Positions 22,523 to 30,837 of a stretch of DNA of 35,376 nucleotides are shown here, one piece after another. This DNA comes from Candidatus Zambryskiibacteriota bacterium. Lineage in GTDB: Bacteria; Patescibacteriota; Minisyncoccia; Phycocordibacterales; DATDWN01. Both the position numbers and the translations under genes were made by a program. The DNA lies in NCBI GenBank assembly GCA_016202965.1, contig JACQNQ010000028.1, positions 1-35,376 of the forward strand, in the 5' to 3' direction. Each line of letters begins with the position of its first letter. Positions within the stretch are counted from its first letter, which is position 1. The notes under the pieces are model-generated. The model was not told the origin of the DNA and searched no databases. It saw only the letters and a list, made by a program, of their open reading frames with translations.

Positions 22523-23889
22523 TTATTCTGTCAATCGAAACGTCTTGTGACGAGACGGCAGTCAGTGTTGTGGAAGCGATAGGTGGATTGGAAAATCCTG
22601 TTTTTTCTGTTCTTGGAAATGCTCTCTTTTCACAAATAGATATCCATGAAGAATTTGGGGGCGTAGTGCCAATGGTGGCCAAACGCGAACATGCAAAAAG
22701 ACTTCCACTACTTTTGAAAAAAGTTTTGGCAGACGCTCACATATACGTCATGGCTGATATGTGGTATTCAGAAAAAATGTGGGCAGAGTTAAAAAAAATT
22801 TTGGAAAGAGAAGAAGGGCTATACGATGAATTAAAAAGTATTTTGGAAAATATGAAGAAGCCGAATATAGACGTTATTTCCGTTACGGCAGGACCAGGAC
22901 TTGCGCCGGCATTGTGGGTAGGTGTCAGTTTTGCCGAAGCTTTGGGAAAGTTGTGGAATATTCCGGTAGTTCCGGCAAATCATATGGAAGGGCATATCGC
23001 TTCCATCTTGCTAGACGGAAGCGGAGTTAAAAGTGAAAAAGCCCCGACGTTACAGCCCCGACGTGCAGACGGAGAGCCGACAAGGTCGTCGGCTTCGGGG
23101 AGCCGACCGAAAGCGTCGGCTTTAAAAGTTAAAAGTAATAATACAATTCAATTTCCGGCATTGGCCTTGCTCATTTCCGGCGGACATACGGAACTGGTGA
23201 AAATAAAAAACTGGGGAGAATATAAAATTTTGGGCGAGACGCGGGATGATGCCGTAGGTGAGGCCTTTGACAAAGTGGCTAGAATGCTTGGACTTTCCTA
23301 CCCCGGCGGACCTCAAATTTCTGCATTAGCAGAAATTTCGCGAAAAAGAGCAAAAAAACTTCTGCGTAGTTCTGCGTCTGGTCCGCGTGAGTCTGCGAGG
23401 AAATTTGTAATCAAATTTCCTAGGCCGATGATTCACTCCGGAGATTATGATTTCTCATTTGCGGGACTGAAAACTTCAGTTTTATATTATTTGCGGGATA
23501 ACCACGGAACAAACAAAGAAGATGTTGCCCTAAATCCGTCAGTAGACGGATCGGGCGATCACAGACAAAACTTTATCTGTGATGTAGCCAGAGAGTTTGA
23601 AGATGCGGTAGTGGAAGTTTTAGTGGAGAAAACCGCTAAAGCTATGAAAGATTCTGGAGCAAAAACGCTTATCATCGCCGGCGGTGTCATAGCCAATAAA
23701 AAACTGCGAGAGGAGTTTATAAAATTTGAGAAAAAATATAATGACTTGATAGTTAGAATACCGTCAATGACAATGGCGGGAGACAACGCTTTAATGATTG
23801 CATACGCTACATATATCAATGTTACATTACATCCTGAACTTATGAGAAACCCTAAAAAAATAATTGCCAACGGCAATTTAAAATTGTAA
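22519..23889 (+). CDS. tsaD: tRNA N6-adenosine threonylcarbamoyltransferase (Kae1/TsaD family) with four insertions
   Basis: ILSIETSCDETAVSVV, HMEGHI, LLISGGHTEL, GETRDDAVGEAFDKVARMLGLSYPGGP, FSFAGLKTSV and IAGGVIANKKLR. At 456 aa it exceeds the ~340 aa typical of bacterial TsaD. Confidence 0.9.
   Translation: MIILSIETSCDETAVSVVEAIGGLENPVFSVLGNALFSQIDIHEEFGGVVPMVAKREHAKRLPLLLKKVLADAHIYVMADMWYSEKMWAELKKILEREEGLYDELKSILENMKKPNIDVISVTAGPGLAPALWVGVSFAEALGKLWNIPVVPANHMEGHIASILLDGSGVKSEKAPTLQPRRADGEPTRSSASGSRPKASALKVKSNNTIQFPALALLISGGHTELVKIKNWGEYKILGETRDDAVGEAFDKVARMLGLSYPGGPQISALAEISRKRAKKLLRSSASGPRESARKFVIKFPRPMIHSGDYDFSFAGLKTSVLYYLRDNHGTNKEDVALNPSVDGSGDHRQNFICDVAREFEDAVVEVLVEKTAKAMKDSGAKTLIIAGGVIANKKLREEFIKFEKKYNDLIVRIPSMTMAGDNALMIAYATYINVTLHPELMRNPKKIIANGNLKL
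23025..23136. repeat. composite repeat (family Y arms plus family G GC-rich core) lying in frame inside tsaD
   Basis: AGTTAAAAGTGAAAAAG ... CCCCGACGT..GCCGAC-AAGGTC-GTCGGC..TCGGGGAGCCGACC-GAAAGC-GTCGGC ... TTTAAAAGTTAAAAGT. It shares three ordered blocks with 14637-14697 (reverse complement). Confidence 0.85.
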
Positions 23890-23907
23890 AATAATTCTCG
23901 GATGTAC

Positions 23908-23946
23908 AAAAAAGGAAAAGCCGGCACAACGCCGGTTTTTCCTTTT
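23908..23946. terminator. hairpin terminator after tsaD
   Basis: AAAAGGAAAAGCCGGC-ACAAC-GCCGGTTTTTCCTTTT. Confidence 0.7.
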
Positions 23947-24054
23947 GTCCACTGTATGATATTCTGGAGTGATGGACCCCGTTAGAGTTTTACTTTTAAC
24001 GGCTGTGGATAAAATGGATTATGTCTACTAAAAGTGATTTTTACTTTAAATTTA

Positions 24055-26175
24055 ATGCTTAAAAACTCTAACGGAGCGAATGAAATATTCCTATCCCCTT
24101 ATAATCCGGAAAAAACGGAGGGAAAAATATACAAAATCTGGGAAGAAAGCGGTTTTTTTAACCCGGATAAATCTGTAGAAGAAAAACTTATAAGTAAGAA
24201 CTCCCCCACTTTTACATTAATAATGCCCCCAACTAACGCGAACGGCTCTCTCCATGCCGGACATGGCTTAGTTATGACTATTGAGGATATTATGGTCAGA
24301 TACAAAAGAATGCAAGGATTTAAGACTTTATGGCTCCCGGGCCTAGATCATGCTGGTTTTGAAACACAAGTTGTATACGAAAAAAAGCTGGAAAAAGAGG
24401 GTCGAACCAGATTTGAAATTGAACCAAAAAAACTTTATGCAGAGATTCTCGACTTTACTTTAAACAACTCAAAAAATATAGAGTCTCAGATTAGAAAGAT
24501 GGGGGCGTCATGCGACTGGTCTCGAGAAAAGTTTACCTTAGACAACGATATCGTAAAAACTGTCTACAAAACTTTTAAAAAGCTATCTGATGATAAACTA
24601 GTTTATAGAAAAAATAGGATCGTCAGCTGGTGCACAAAACATCAAACCTCTTTTTCTGATCTTGAAATAAAAGATGAAGAGCGTATTGATAGTTTCTATT
24701 ATTTAAAATACGGCCCGTTCACTATCGCCACAGCAAGGCCTGAAACAAAATTCGGAGACAAATATGTGGTAATGCATCCAGACGACAAGAGATATAGTGA
24801 GTACAAAGATGGTCAGAAAATAAAGTTGGAATGGATAAACGGACCTATAGAGGCGACGATCGTTAAAGATTATGCTGTTGATATGGAGTTTGGAACAGGG
24901 ATAATGACTATCACCCCTTGGCATGATAATGCTGACTTTGAGATTGCAGAAAGACACAACCTAGACAAAGAACAAATAATAGATGAGCAAGGTAAACTCT
25001 TGCCTATTGCTGGAGAGTTTGCTGGACAAAACATAAAAAAAGCTAGGCTTTTGATCGTTGAGAAATTAAAAAATAAAGGTTTGATTGAAAAAGTGGATGA
25101 AAATTATAAACATGTAGTCAAAACTTGTTATAAATGTGGAACTGTTATTGAACCACAAATAAAAAGTCAGTGGTTTATAAAGATGAAACCTTTAGCAGAG
25201 AAGGCTTCGCAGAAAATAGAAACGGATGAGATAAAATATACCCCAGAACATTACAAGAAAATCACCTTGCACTGGTTAGAAAATATTATGGACTGGAATA
25301 TCTCTCGCCAAATAGTATGGGGAATACCTATTCCAGCTAAAATATGTGGTAAATGTGGTCACGGAATGGTTGATATTGAAAATGAAATATCAAAATGTAA
25401 CAAATGTGGGGGGGAGGTGGCGCAGGATACAGACACATTTGACACCTGGTTTTCTTCAGGACAATGGCCTTTCGCGACCCTAGGTTTTCCTGACTCTCTA
25501 GATTTCAAAACATTTTACCCGACAGATGTTATGGAAACAGCTGGAGAGATTATATTTTTTTGGGTGGCTAGAATGATTATGCTCGGAATATATATTACCG
25601 GGGAAATCCCTTTCAAAATGGTTTACCTTCACGGCTTAGTACTTGATGTAAAAGGACTTAAAATGAGTAAGAGTAAGGGAAATGTAATAGATCCAATGGT
25701 TTTAACAGAAAAATTCGGAACAGATGCACTAAGAATGGCATTGGTCGTCGGCAACACCCCGGGCACCTCTCTTGCTCTATCGGAAGAGAAAATCAGGGCT
25801 TATAAGCATTTTTCGAATAAACTTTGGAACATTACCAGATTTATACTCTCTCGCGAAAACAAGGGAGATATAGATCATAATCTAAAAAACGAACTTGACC
25901 AGCTGACCAAAGATATAACTCTGGATATGGAAAACTACCGCTTTTATCTTGCAGCCGAAAAGCTGTATCATTATATATGGCACACGTTTGCTGATAAGAT
26001 TATCGAGGAAAGTAAAAAAGACGAACATACCGGAGCCACTCTATATTATATTTTGCAAACAACCCTAAAGTTGCTCCATCCATTTATGCCTTTTATAACG
26101 GAGGAAATTTGGTCACATCTTCCGCAAGATGAAAAAAAACTTCTTATGGTAACAAAATGGCCAACAGAAATGTAA
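24055..26175 (+). CDS. valS: valyl-tRNA synthetase (short form lacking the C-terminal coiled coil)
   Basis: HIGH-type motif PPTNANGSLHAGHGL, LPGLDHAGFETQ, TPWHDNADFEI, DTFDTWFSSGQWPFATLGFP and KMSKS. The ORF track opens at a GTG at 24034. Confidence 0.9.
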   Translation: MLKNSNGANEIFLSPYNPEKTEGKIYKIWEESGFFNPDKSVEEKLISKNSPTFTLIMPPTNANGSLHAGHGLVMTIEDIMVRYKRMQGFKTLWLPGLDHAGFETQVVYEKKLEKEGRTRFEIEPKKLYAEILDFTLNNSKNIESQIRKMGASCDWSREKFTLDNDIVKTVYKTFKKLSDDKLVYRKNRIVSWCTKHQTSFSDLEIKDEERIDSFYYLKYGPFTIATARPETKFGDKYVVMHPDDKRYSEYKDGQKIKLEWINGPIEATIVKDYAVDMEFGTGIMTITPWHDNADFEIAERHNLDKEQIIDEQGKLLPIAGEFAGQNIKKARLLIVEKLKNKGLIEKVDENYKHVVKTCYKCGTVIEPQIKSQWFIKMKPLAEKASQKIETDEIKYTPEHYKKITLHWLENIMDWNISRQIVWGIPIPAKICGKCGHGMVDIENEISKCNKCGGEVAQDTDTFDTWFSSGQWPFATLGFPDSLDFKTFYPTDVMETAGEIIFFWVARMIMLGIYITGEIPFKMVYLHGLVLDVKGLKMSKSKGNVIDPMVLTEKFGTDALRMALVVGNTPGTSLALSEEKIRAYKHFSNKLWNITRFILSRENKGDIDHNLKNELDQLTKDITLDMENYRFYLAAEKLYHYIWHTFADKIIEESKKDEHTGATLYYILQTTLKLLHPFMPFITEEIWSHLPQDEKKLLMVTKWPTEM

Positions 26176-26287
26176 AATGTAAATATCAAAATGAAAAATG
26201 ACAATGCAAAATTAAAAATAAGAAATGCATTTGAAAATTTTCCATTTTAAACTGTTATTTTATATTTTGATTTTTTAATTTTTCATT

Positions 26288-26977
26288 ATGTTTTATTTCA
26301 TCCAACAATACCCTTTCATTCTTGCCTTCCTGCTCGGTCTCATCCCCGCTCTTATTTGGTTATGGTTCTGGCTGAAAGAAGATAGCAATCCAGAACCGGC
26401 CAAAATGATTACACTGTCCTTTGTCGGCGGAATGCTGGCGGTGATTTTTGTTCTGCCATTCCAACAAGTAGTCTATAGTTATGTCGGGGAACAAAACCTC
26501 ACCGCTTTCACATTATGGGCAATATTGGAAGAAGTATTTAAGTTTGGATTTGTTTATTTTATCGCCCTGCGAAATAAAGCCGCGGACGAGCCGATTGATG
26601 ATATTATTTACCTGATTGTCTCCGCCTTGGGCTTTGTCACGGCAGAAAATACTTTGTTTTTAGTCGGACCGATACAGAGCGGCGATATTTTCGGCACTAT
26701 CATTAACAGCAATTTGCGCTTCGTCGGAGCCAGTTTGCTTCATATTATCTCCAGCGCCACTATCGGCATATCTATGGCTCTGGCTTTTTACAAGACAGCA
26801 AGACAAAAGGGGTTGTACCTTGTTTTCGGCATGATACTGGCTATCGTCTTGCATACTGTTTTTAATTTATTTATAATAAACGGAGTGACCAATATTTTCT
26901 TTGTGTTTGGGACAGTCTGGGTTGGCATAATTCTACTTTTATTATTTTTTGAAAAAGTAAAACGTATTACTTTATAA
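26288..26977 (+). CDS. PrsW-family intramembrane protease
   Basis: 229 aa polytopic protein. Motifs are EEVFKFGF, GFVTAENTLF and LLHIISSATIG. Confidence 0.8.
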   Translation: MFYFIQQYPFILAFLLGLIPALIWLWFWLKEDSNPEPAKMITLSFVGGMLAVIFVLPFQQVVYSYVGEQNLTAFTLWAILEEVFKFGFVYFIALRNKAADEPIDDIIYLIVSALGFVTAENTLFLVGPIQSGDIFGTIINSNLRFVGASLLHIISSATIGISMALAFYKTARQKGLYLVFGMILAIVLHTVFNLFIINGVTNIFFVFGTVWVGIILLLLFFEKVKRITL

Positions 26978-26987
26978 CTTTATAACT

Positions 26988-27446
26988 ATGCGAGACAATC
27001 GTTCATTTTTTGAAAAACTAACCGGCAGTGTCAAATCAGCCGACATATCCGACACAGAAGAAAAATCGGTAAAAAAAGCTCGTGACAGAGAGGAAAACTG
27101 GCTCTCGGACGAAGCGGAGGAGGGTCAGCTGACCGTGGATGTTTACCAGACACCGTCGGAAATTGTCATAAAAAGCATGGTTTCCGGAGTAAAACCGGAG
27201 GATTTGGATATTGCCATCACTCGGGATATGGTAACAATAAAAGGCAAACGCGAAACAGAACGGTTTATCAAAGACGAAGACTATTTCCATCAGGAACTCT
27301 ACTGGGGCTCATTTTCCCGAACCATCATGCTTCCGGCCGAAGTTATAGTGGACGAAGCCGAAGCCGTAGAAAAACACGGACTACTTATTATTCGCTTGCC
27401 GAAGGTGGATAAGAATAGGCAGACCAGATTAAGAGTCAAGGGGTAG
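26988..27446 (+). CDS. Hsp20/alpha-crystallin family small heat-shock protein
   Basis: 152 aa. Alpha-crystallin domain (LTVDVYQT..IVIKSMVSGVKPEDLDIAITRDMVTIKGKRE...FSRTIMLP...HGLLIIRLPK). Confidence 0.9.
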   Translation: MRDNRSFFEKLTGSVKSADISDTEEKSVKKARDREENWLSDEAEEGQLTVDVYQTPSEIVIKSMVSGVKPEDLDIAITRDMVTIKGKRETERFIKDEDYFHQELYWGSFSRTIMLPAEVIVDEAEAVEKHGLLIIRLPKVDKNRQTRLRVKG

Positions 27447-28380
27447 GATGATGTTTATAAAACTCAATAGTTTTCTGTAAACCATCTTCAAAACTGATAA
27501 TTGGCTCATATCCCAAAAATCTTTTTGCTTTAGCAACATCAGCTAATGAATGTTTTACATCTCCTTTTCTTTCTTCTTTATAGATAGGTTTAATATTTGT
27601 TTTTAGGAGTTTATTTATTTTTTCAACCAATTCATTCAACGACATTTCATACCCACAGGCAATATTGATAACCTCTCCAGCACATTTCTTTGACGCAGAA
27701 CACGCTTTCAAATTCGCATCTATATTATTATCTACATAAGTAAAATCACGAGATGTGTTTCCATCTCCGTAAATAATCGGCGACTCCCCTTTAATCATCT
27801 TTTTTATAAACAAAGGAATAACTGCGGAATAGACAGACTCTGGATCTTGGTTTGGTCCGAAAACATTAAAATACCGCAGACAAACGGTTTCTAATCCATA
27901 TATTTTATGGAAAATTTGGCAATACTGTTCTGCAGTTAGTTTTTGTATTGCGTACGGAGATTTTGGTGCTACATTCATAGATTCAACCTTTGGCATAATT
28001 GGTGAATCTCCATATGCAGAAGATGAAGAAGCATACACAAATCTTTTTACTCCAGAGTCTCTAGAAGCTATGAGCATATTGAGTGTGCCGAGAATGTTTG
28101 AGTTATTTGTTTTTATGGGGTCGTCAATAGATCGTGGCACGGATGGTATCGCTCCTTGGTGAAGCACGTAGTCAATTCCTTTGACTGCATTTTTAGCAAT
28201 CTCTAAATCTGTAAAATCGCCTTCAATAAATTCAATTTTATCAAAGTATGGTTTTATATTTTCTATTTTTCCAGTAGAAAGATTATCAAGAACTCTTACA
28301 TTCTCTTTATTTTCCAACAATTTCTTTACAATATTTGACCCAACAAATCCGGCTCCACCAGTTACTAAGTATTTTGCCAT
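27436..28380 (-). CDS. NAD-dependent sugar-nucleotide epimerase/dehydratase (extended SDR)
   Basis: 314 aa. VTGGAGFVGSN Rossmann motif and the catalytic residues ASSSSAYG...YAIQK (YxxxK). Confidence 0.85.
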   Translation of the reverse strand: MAKYLVTGGAGFVGSNIVKKLLENKENVRVLDNLSTGKIENIKPYFDKIEFIEGDFTDLEIAKNAVKGIDYVLHQGAIPSVPRSIDDPIKTNNSNILGTLNMLIASRDSGVKRFVYASSSSAYGDSPIMPKVESMNVAPKSPYAIQKLTAEQYCQIFHKIYGLETVCLRYFNVFGPNQDPESVYSAVIPLFIKKMIKGESPIIYGDGNTSRDFTYVDNNIDANLKACSASKKCAGEVINIACGYEMSLNELVEKINKLLKTNIKPIYKEERKGDVKHSLADVAKAKRFLGYEPIISFEDGLQKTIEFYKHHPTP

Positions 28381-28389
28381 AATATGTTG

Positions 28390-28463
28390 TGCCTAGGGTC
28401 AGACTTGCACTGACCACCCTTCGCTCTTCAGGCGAATGCTCTGACTACCTGAGCTACCTAGGC
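28390..28463 (-). tRNA. tRNA-Phe (GAA)
   Basis: GCCTAGG TA GCTC AGGTAGTCA GAGC A TTCGC CTGAAGA GCGAA GGGTG GTCAG TGCAAGT CTGAC CCTAGGC A. The T-loop is TGCAAGT. Confidence 0.9.
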
Positions 28464-28509
28464 ATGATAAAAATTTTTCTAAATTCTATATTCTATATTC
28501 TGTCTCTCA

Positions 28510-28788
28510 CTATTGTCCTATTTGTTGTTTCAAATTATCAATGATACCACTGATATCTTTTAGACCATTCAAACTGCCTTTTGCTCCGCCGACAGTATCA
28601 GTCAATAAATTTATGTATGGCTGAATAAGATAATATGCTCCTACAGCAGAACCAATGATAAAGAGCCAATAAACCAAAGTCATAAAGCGTCCGAGACGCA
28701 TAGAGCGTTTCATCCCTCGCAACATATCATTATTCTCCTCTGCCAAAGCAACACTCCTTTTCAAAAGCTCTTTTTCTTCCGGCGACAT
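28510..28788 (-). CDS. small single-pass membrane protein, unknown function
   Basis: 92 aa. Charged N-terminus, TM helix FMTLVYWLFIIGSAVGAYYLI, and a polar tail. Confidence 0.65.
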   Translation of the reverse strand: MSPEEKELLKRSVALAEENNDMLRGMKRSMRLGRFMTLVYWLFIIGSAVGAYYLIQPYINLLTDTVGGAKGSLNGLKDISGIIDNLKQQIGQ

Positions 28789-28828
28789 GGACTAAGATTA
28801 ACAGAATTAAGACAAAAAATCAAAATTG

Positions 28829-28900
28829 TGCTCTCGGACTGAATCGAACAGTCAATTCCTTCTTAGGACGAAGGAGTTATATCCATTTAACTACGAGAGC
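28829..28900 (-). tRNA. tRNA-Arg (CCT)
   Basis: GCTCTCG TA GTTA AATGGATA TAAC T CCTTC GTCCTAA GAAGG AATT GACTG TTCGATT CAGTC CGAGAGC A. Confidence 0.9.
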
Positions 28901-29080
28901 AATAATTTTCAAAACTACGGCGTGGGCATAACTTTTCCGGAGCATCCACAGGTCGCAAGCATGGTTTTTGTCAAGGCATTCATCTTGACAAAATTGCGAC
29001 CGAGGACAGAATAAATTTTTCGCTGGAAAAGTTTATGTCTCCGGAAAAGTTATGACGAGCCAAGAGTTTTGAAAATTATT
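28901..29080 (+). repeat. family X structured repeat, copy 2
   Basis: Outer stems AATAATTTTCAAAACT/AGTTTTGAAAATTATT and CATAACTTTTCCGGAG/CTCCGGAAAAGTTATG. Stem B is GGTCGCAA/TTGCGACC. Stem C is TTTTTGTCAAGG..CTTGACAAAA. The hairpin is TTTTCGCTGGAAAAG. Confidence 0.85.
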
Positions 29081-29312
29081 TTATATCAAGCAATTGTCCT
29101 AATTTCGATTTGTCAAAGCCGACGATAGTCTGACCGTCAATAATGATAACCGGCACGCCGAGCTGGCCGGATTTCTCCATCATCTCTTTCCTTTTCTCCA
29201 TATTGGAGGCCACGTCAAATTCTTCGTACTGAATGTTGTTTTGCTTGAAATATTCTTTTGCCATATGGCAGAAATGACATGTCGGAGTGGTATATATTGT
29301 TACTTTTTTCAT
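29076..29312 (-). CDS. glutaredoxin-like / NrdH-like small redox protein
   Basis: 78 aa. KVTIYTTPTCHFCHMAKEYF (CxxC) and GVPVIIIDGQTIVGFD. Confidence 0.8.
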   Translation of the reverse strand: MKKVTIYTTPTCHFCHMAKEYFKQNNIQYEEFDVASNMEKRKEMMEKSGQLGVPVIIIDGQTIVGFDKSKLGQLLDIK

Positions 29313-29338
29313 ATTTTCAGCCGTTTGATGATTATATA

Positions 29339-29713
29339 TTACTTAACAAAAAAATGCCAAATCTTCTGCCAAAAACCAGCCGGAGTGCTGGTAGCAGTGG
29401 CGGTAGTTGGAGCATCTATAATTACAACCATACTTTCCCCGCCCTTGGCCACAGTAAACTTTGACCTGATTTCTTCTTCAATGCCGGACGAAGTGCCAAG
29501 TTTTTCAATTTTTGATTTAATTTCCTTGTCACGAGCTTGCAATTCCATCAGATGTCCCTGTGACAAATTTTTCATTTTTTCGCTTGCTCTTTTCTTTTGA
29601 TAGACAACGTATGTTGAGTGGAGAAATATCAAGACAATAATAAAAAGTGTAATTAGAGTTGCGCGATTATATAACACGCTGCGAATCTTGCGTTTTTGGC
29701 TATAATCAAGCAT
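29339..29713 (-). CDS. FtsB/DivIC-like septum formation initiator family protein (tentative)
   Basis: 124 aa. N-terminal TM helix, coiled-coil segment, then GIEEEIRSKFTVAKGGESMVVI, which resembles the family's C-terminal motif. Confidence 0.55.
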   Translation of the reverse strand: MLDYSQKRKIRSVLYNRATLITLFIIVLIFLHSTYVVYQKKRASEKMKNLSQGHLMELQARDKEIKSKIEKLGTSSGIEEEIRSKFTVAKGGESMVVIIDAPTTATATSTPAGFWQKIWHFFVK

Positions 29714-29720
29714 AATGGCA

Positions 29721-29798
29721 GTTAAAAGTTAAAGGTAAAAAGTTAAAAGCGAATGTATTTTGTGTTTTCTTTTAACCTTTAACTTTCTACTTTTAACT
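29721..29798. repeat. family Y hairpin repeat, copy Y5
   Basis: AGTTAAAAGTTAAAGGTAAAAAGTTAAAAG / CGAATGTATTTTGTGTTTT / CTTTTAACCTTTAACTTTCTACTTTTAACT. Confidence 0.85.
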
Positions 29799-29806
29799 AT
29801 TTTATC

Positions 29807-29917
29807 ATGCTTTTCGATAAAAAGAACAAAAAGAAATTCCAAATGGCTTGGACTATTGTCTGCGCATTGGTCATAATCAGTATGATTCTCCTTTATATGC
29901 CTGGTTTATTTAATTAA
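29807..29917 (+). CDS. possible 36-aa small membrane protein
   Basis: ATG...TAA encodes MLFDKKNKKKFQMAWTIVCALVIISMILLYMPGLFN, a Lys-rich N-terminus followed by one TM helix. It is below the ORF-track cutoff and overlaps the convergent gene's stop by 4 nt. Confidence 0.4.
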   Translation: MLFDKKNKKKFQMAWTIVCALVIISMILLYMPGLFN

Positions 29918-30837
29918 TCTTTAAGCGCTAAATTGGCTAGTTTTAGTATTGCCTCTTTTGTTTTCGCCACCGCTATAAACCGACCATTGTGACAAAAAAC
30001 TGACCCTGGCACGCCGGTCACTTTTTCTAATTTCTCATCTCGGAGTCCTGCCCAAGCTTGTGGCAAATCTTTGCGCGCTCCGTCATATGACAGAACATTT
30101 TCCCGGATGGTTTTCAGTGTCCAATCATTATCAACTCGTTTTTTATAAGTCACAAAAAGCGGCTCCGGAAATCGCAGGAGTACTTCTTCCCATGGATATC
30201 TTTCGTCAAGTATGATAAGTCTTTTATCCTCAGCTTTTTCGTATGCTTCCACCACTAGGCGTTCGGCTTCTTTTTGGTCTGTGATTGTTATAATCGCCCG
30301 GGTAATAATGGCTTTGGCGTAGGAAACCACTTCCATAAATAACACGTCGATATTCACTTCTTCTTTCCATGTAGGTCTAAATATATAAAACAGCGAACGG
30401 ATATCAAACGGATATACATCCTTAATTACCGGCTGAAAAATATTTATACCGTTGTCGTTGGCATCAATCGGCTCGACGAGCATTTTGTCAATTTTTTGCG
30501 AAACTTCCCTGTCGCCGCATAATGCCATACCAAATTTTTTCCAAACCAAACCAAACGATGAATACAAAATCCCATTTGGCCTGCCGCCCGCTCCGCCTCG
30601 CTGATGATGGTCAAAACGATTTCTATCCGGGTCGTAGACATCGCCGGTGTCAATGACATAATCACCTGTGGCATGAATATTCGGGTCGCGTGAACGCAAG
30701 ACAGTGATTTCATGGTTTTTTTCCAAAAGAAGAAACAACGCGGCAACGGCAAACACATCATCTACATGAAACTTGGAGCTGTGGGTTACTATTTTAATCT
30801 TTTTGTTCTCTTCCATTTTTTGATTTGTAATAAACAA
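29914..30837 (-). CDS. MYG1/UPF0160 family metal-dependent hydrolase
   Basis: 307 aa. KIVTHSSKFHVDDVFAVAAL and FDHHQRG motifs. Confidence 0.8.
   Translation of the reverse strand: MFITNQKMEENKKIKIVTHSSKFHVDDVFAVAALFLLLEKNHEITVLRSRDPNIHATGDYVIDTGDVYDPDRNRFDHHQRGGAGGRPNGILYSSFGLVWKKFGMALCGDREVSQKIDKMLVEPIDANDNGINIFQPVIKDVYPFDIRSLFYIFRPTWKEEVNIDVLFMEVVSYAKAIITRAIITITDQKEAERLVVEAYEKAEDKRLIILDERYPWEEVLLRFPEPLFVTYKKRVDNDWTLKTIRENVLSYDGARKDLPQAWAGLRDEKLEKVTGVPGSVFCHNGRFIAVAKTKEAILKLANLALKD

Noticed and set aside
23025-23136. tsaD insertions as inteins or introns
   Set aside because: They are far too short (10-40 codons). They lack intein splice-junction residues and any group I/II intron structure, and the reading frame is continuous.
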